A DNA stretch of 64,000 nt from contig NW_024704743.1 in the NCBI RefSeq assembly GCF_018977255.1, forward strand, positions 100,876,001-100,940,000, given 5' to 3'. The notes beneath the pieces are model-generated. The model saw only the letters and a program-made list of their open reading frames with translations, was not told where the DNA came from and searched no databases. Positions within the stretch are counted from its first letter, which is position 1. Each line of letters starts with the position of its first letter. Both the position numbers and the translations under genes were made by a program. Origin of the DNA: Callorhinchus milii (lineage: Eukaryota). Shown piece by piece: positions 62,364 to 64,000 of this stretch.

Positions 62364-63398
62364 TAGATTAAACAGATCCTCACTTTGTAAGCAAAGTGCC
62401 GACACGGTTGTCATGTTACATGTGTTCAAGCTATGCAATTTTAGATGGTTAAGCCCGGATGTGATCACAAGATTCGTTTGGATGAAGAAGATCCTTTGGC
62501 CCATTCGATCTCATTCCTCCAGAACTGTCCTCCCATCATGGCATCAAGCTGCTTTTTAAATAACTTCAGTGTCCTGGCCTTAACCACACTTACTTATACC
62601 TGCTCCAGTTATTAATTACCCTCTGAGTAAAGGAAAACCTCCTGACATCTGTTCTGAAATCTCCTTTTACAATTCTAAACCTACATCCTCTTGTTAATAA
62701 TTACATAGAATTATATTGAATATACAGCACAGAAACAGGTCATTCAGCCCAACTGGTCTACGCCAACGTTTATGCTCCGCAGGAGCCTCCTCCTGCTCTT
62801 CCTCGACTAAGCCTATCAGCATAATCTTCTATTCCTTTCTCCCTCATGTACTTATCTAGCTTCCCCTTAAATGCATCTATGCTTTTCGCCTCAACTACTT
62901 CTTGTGGTAGCAAGTTCCACATACCCACCACTCTCTGGGTAAAGAAGTTTCTTCTGATTTCCCTATTGTGAGTTATTGGTGACTATTTTATATTTATAGC
63001 CCCTGGTTTTGGTCTTCCCAAAGTGGAAATATTTTCTCTATGTCTTCCCTTGTGGCAGCCCAGGGATAAAGGAAGTGCCAGAGGTGGGCAATGTAATGTA
63101 GGTGAGAGAAAGCTGAGCAGGTAAGAGTACCAATATGGGATTTTAAGGACAGTTGAGAGTTAAACAAGACATTCAGGTTCTGTACCGGCTCCACAAGGTA
63201 AGGTACATAACACCATGCAAGTTGATGCTGTTGGCGCCTAATGTGAGAAACCATACAGTCACACCGCATTTTATAGCACCTTAGCACATCATTGAGATGT
63301 CTGAACGTAGTTCACATGAATACTGTAAAGTGATGTGACTGTGTGTATTTTCGTGGGGATTACATTTTACTTTAATTACCCTGAAGTTATTTGCAACA
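62364..63398 (+). repeat. Local duplication, copy 2 (contains minus-strand CR1 and L2 remnants)
   Basis: Matches 58454-59160 and 60014-60246. Confidence 0.88.
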
Positions 63399-64000
63399 TT
63401 TTAAGTGCATTAAGGTGTTATAGATGCTATACAAAAAATGCAAGGATTTTTTTAGGAATAGTGAAGGATTTCAGAATATAAACACTAGTGCGGACTAGTT
63501 GGGTGAAATGTAATGAAATTCTATCTATGTATGTACATTTAGAGAAATGGTTTGGACCAGAATTGATAAGAACTCCATGCAAAAATGAAAACAAAATAGA
63601 AACTGTTCTCTGCAGTTCTGTGGAGATTCTGTAGCTAGCTTGCTTTTAATTCTATTGGTTTATATTCGTCTTAGTTGCTTTTCCTGTCATACAGGCAAAA
63701 TCCTAACTAAAAAAAACACAAAGAAACAAAATTTGCATGCTTGTTTGCAATAATATGCCATATGCTTTCACCTTGGGATTTCTCGTTCATTTATCTACAT
63801 GTCAGACATTTACAGTATAATGCTACCAGTCAAATTCCCAATGGTTGGTCTTAGCTAGATAAATAATGGGCAGCTTGCCAGTCAGTGTTCAAAATGGTAA
63901 GCTACTTAAACTGTTAACCTGTACCTGATACTTTCTGGGATTAGGTAAACAAATGCATCCACTGCAGGGAGAGTGCACATTCTATTTTCGAACAAATGGA

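Overview
Repeat-rich, AT-rich vertebrate genomic DNA. The repeat content (a DeuSINE/SacSINE1-like family, LF-SINE-like remnants, L2, CR1, Penelope) points to a cartilaginous fish; this is an inference from recalled repeat sequences. No intact protein-coding region can be supported: the long ORFs are microsatellite artefacts (43.7-46.1 kb) or decayed LINE ORF2 pieces. A CpG island at about 42.9-43.9 kb looks like the promoter and non-coding first exon of a minus-strand gene I cannot identify, which would make 1-43.4 kb mostly intronic. A possible second TATA/CCAAT promoter and first exon lies at about 22.8-23.1 kb. The window holds many copies of a tRNA-Ala-headed SINE that shares its tail with a young L2, plus older SINEs, L2/CR1/RTE fragments, a tRNA-Leu(CAG) remnant and local duplications at 52-64 kb. 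The most interesting signal is a set of minimal type-I hammerhead ribozyme motifs in inverted Penelope-like terminal repeats (59.8-60.0 kb, nearly intact; 19.27-19.34 kb, decayed). There are also two unexplained long hairpins (31.1 kb and 49.9 kb). Repeat family names come from recalled consensus sequences, not searches, and repeat boundaries are approximate.
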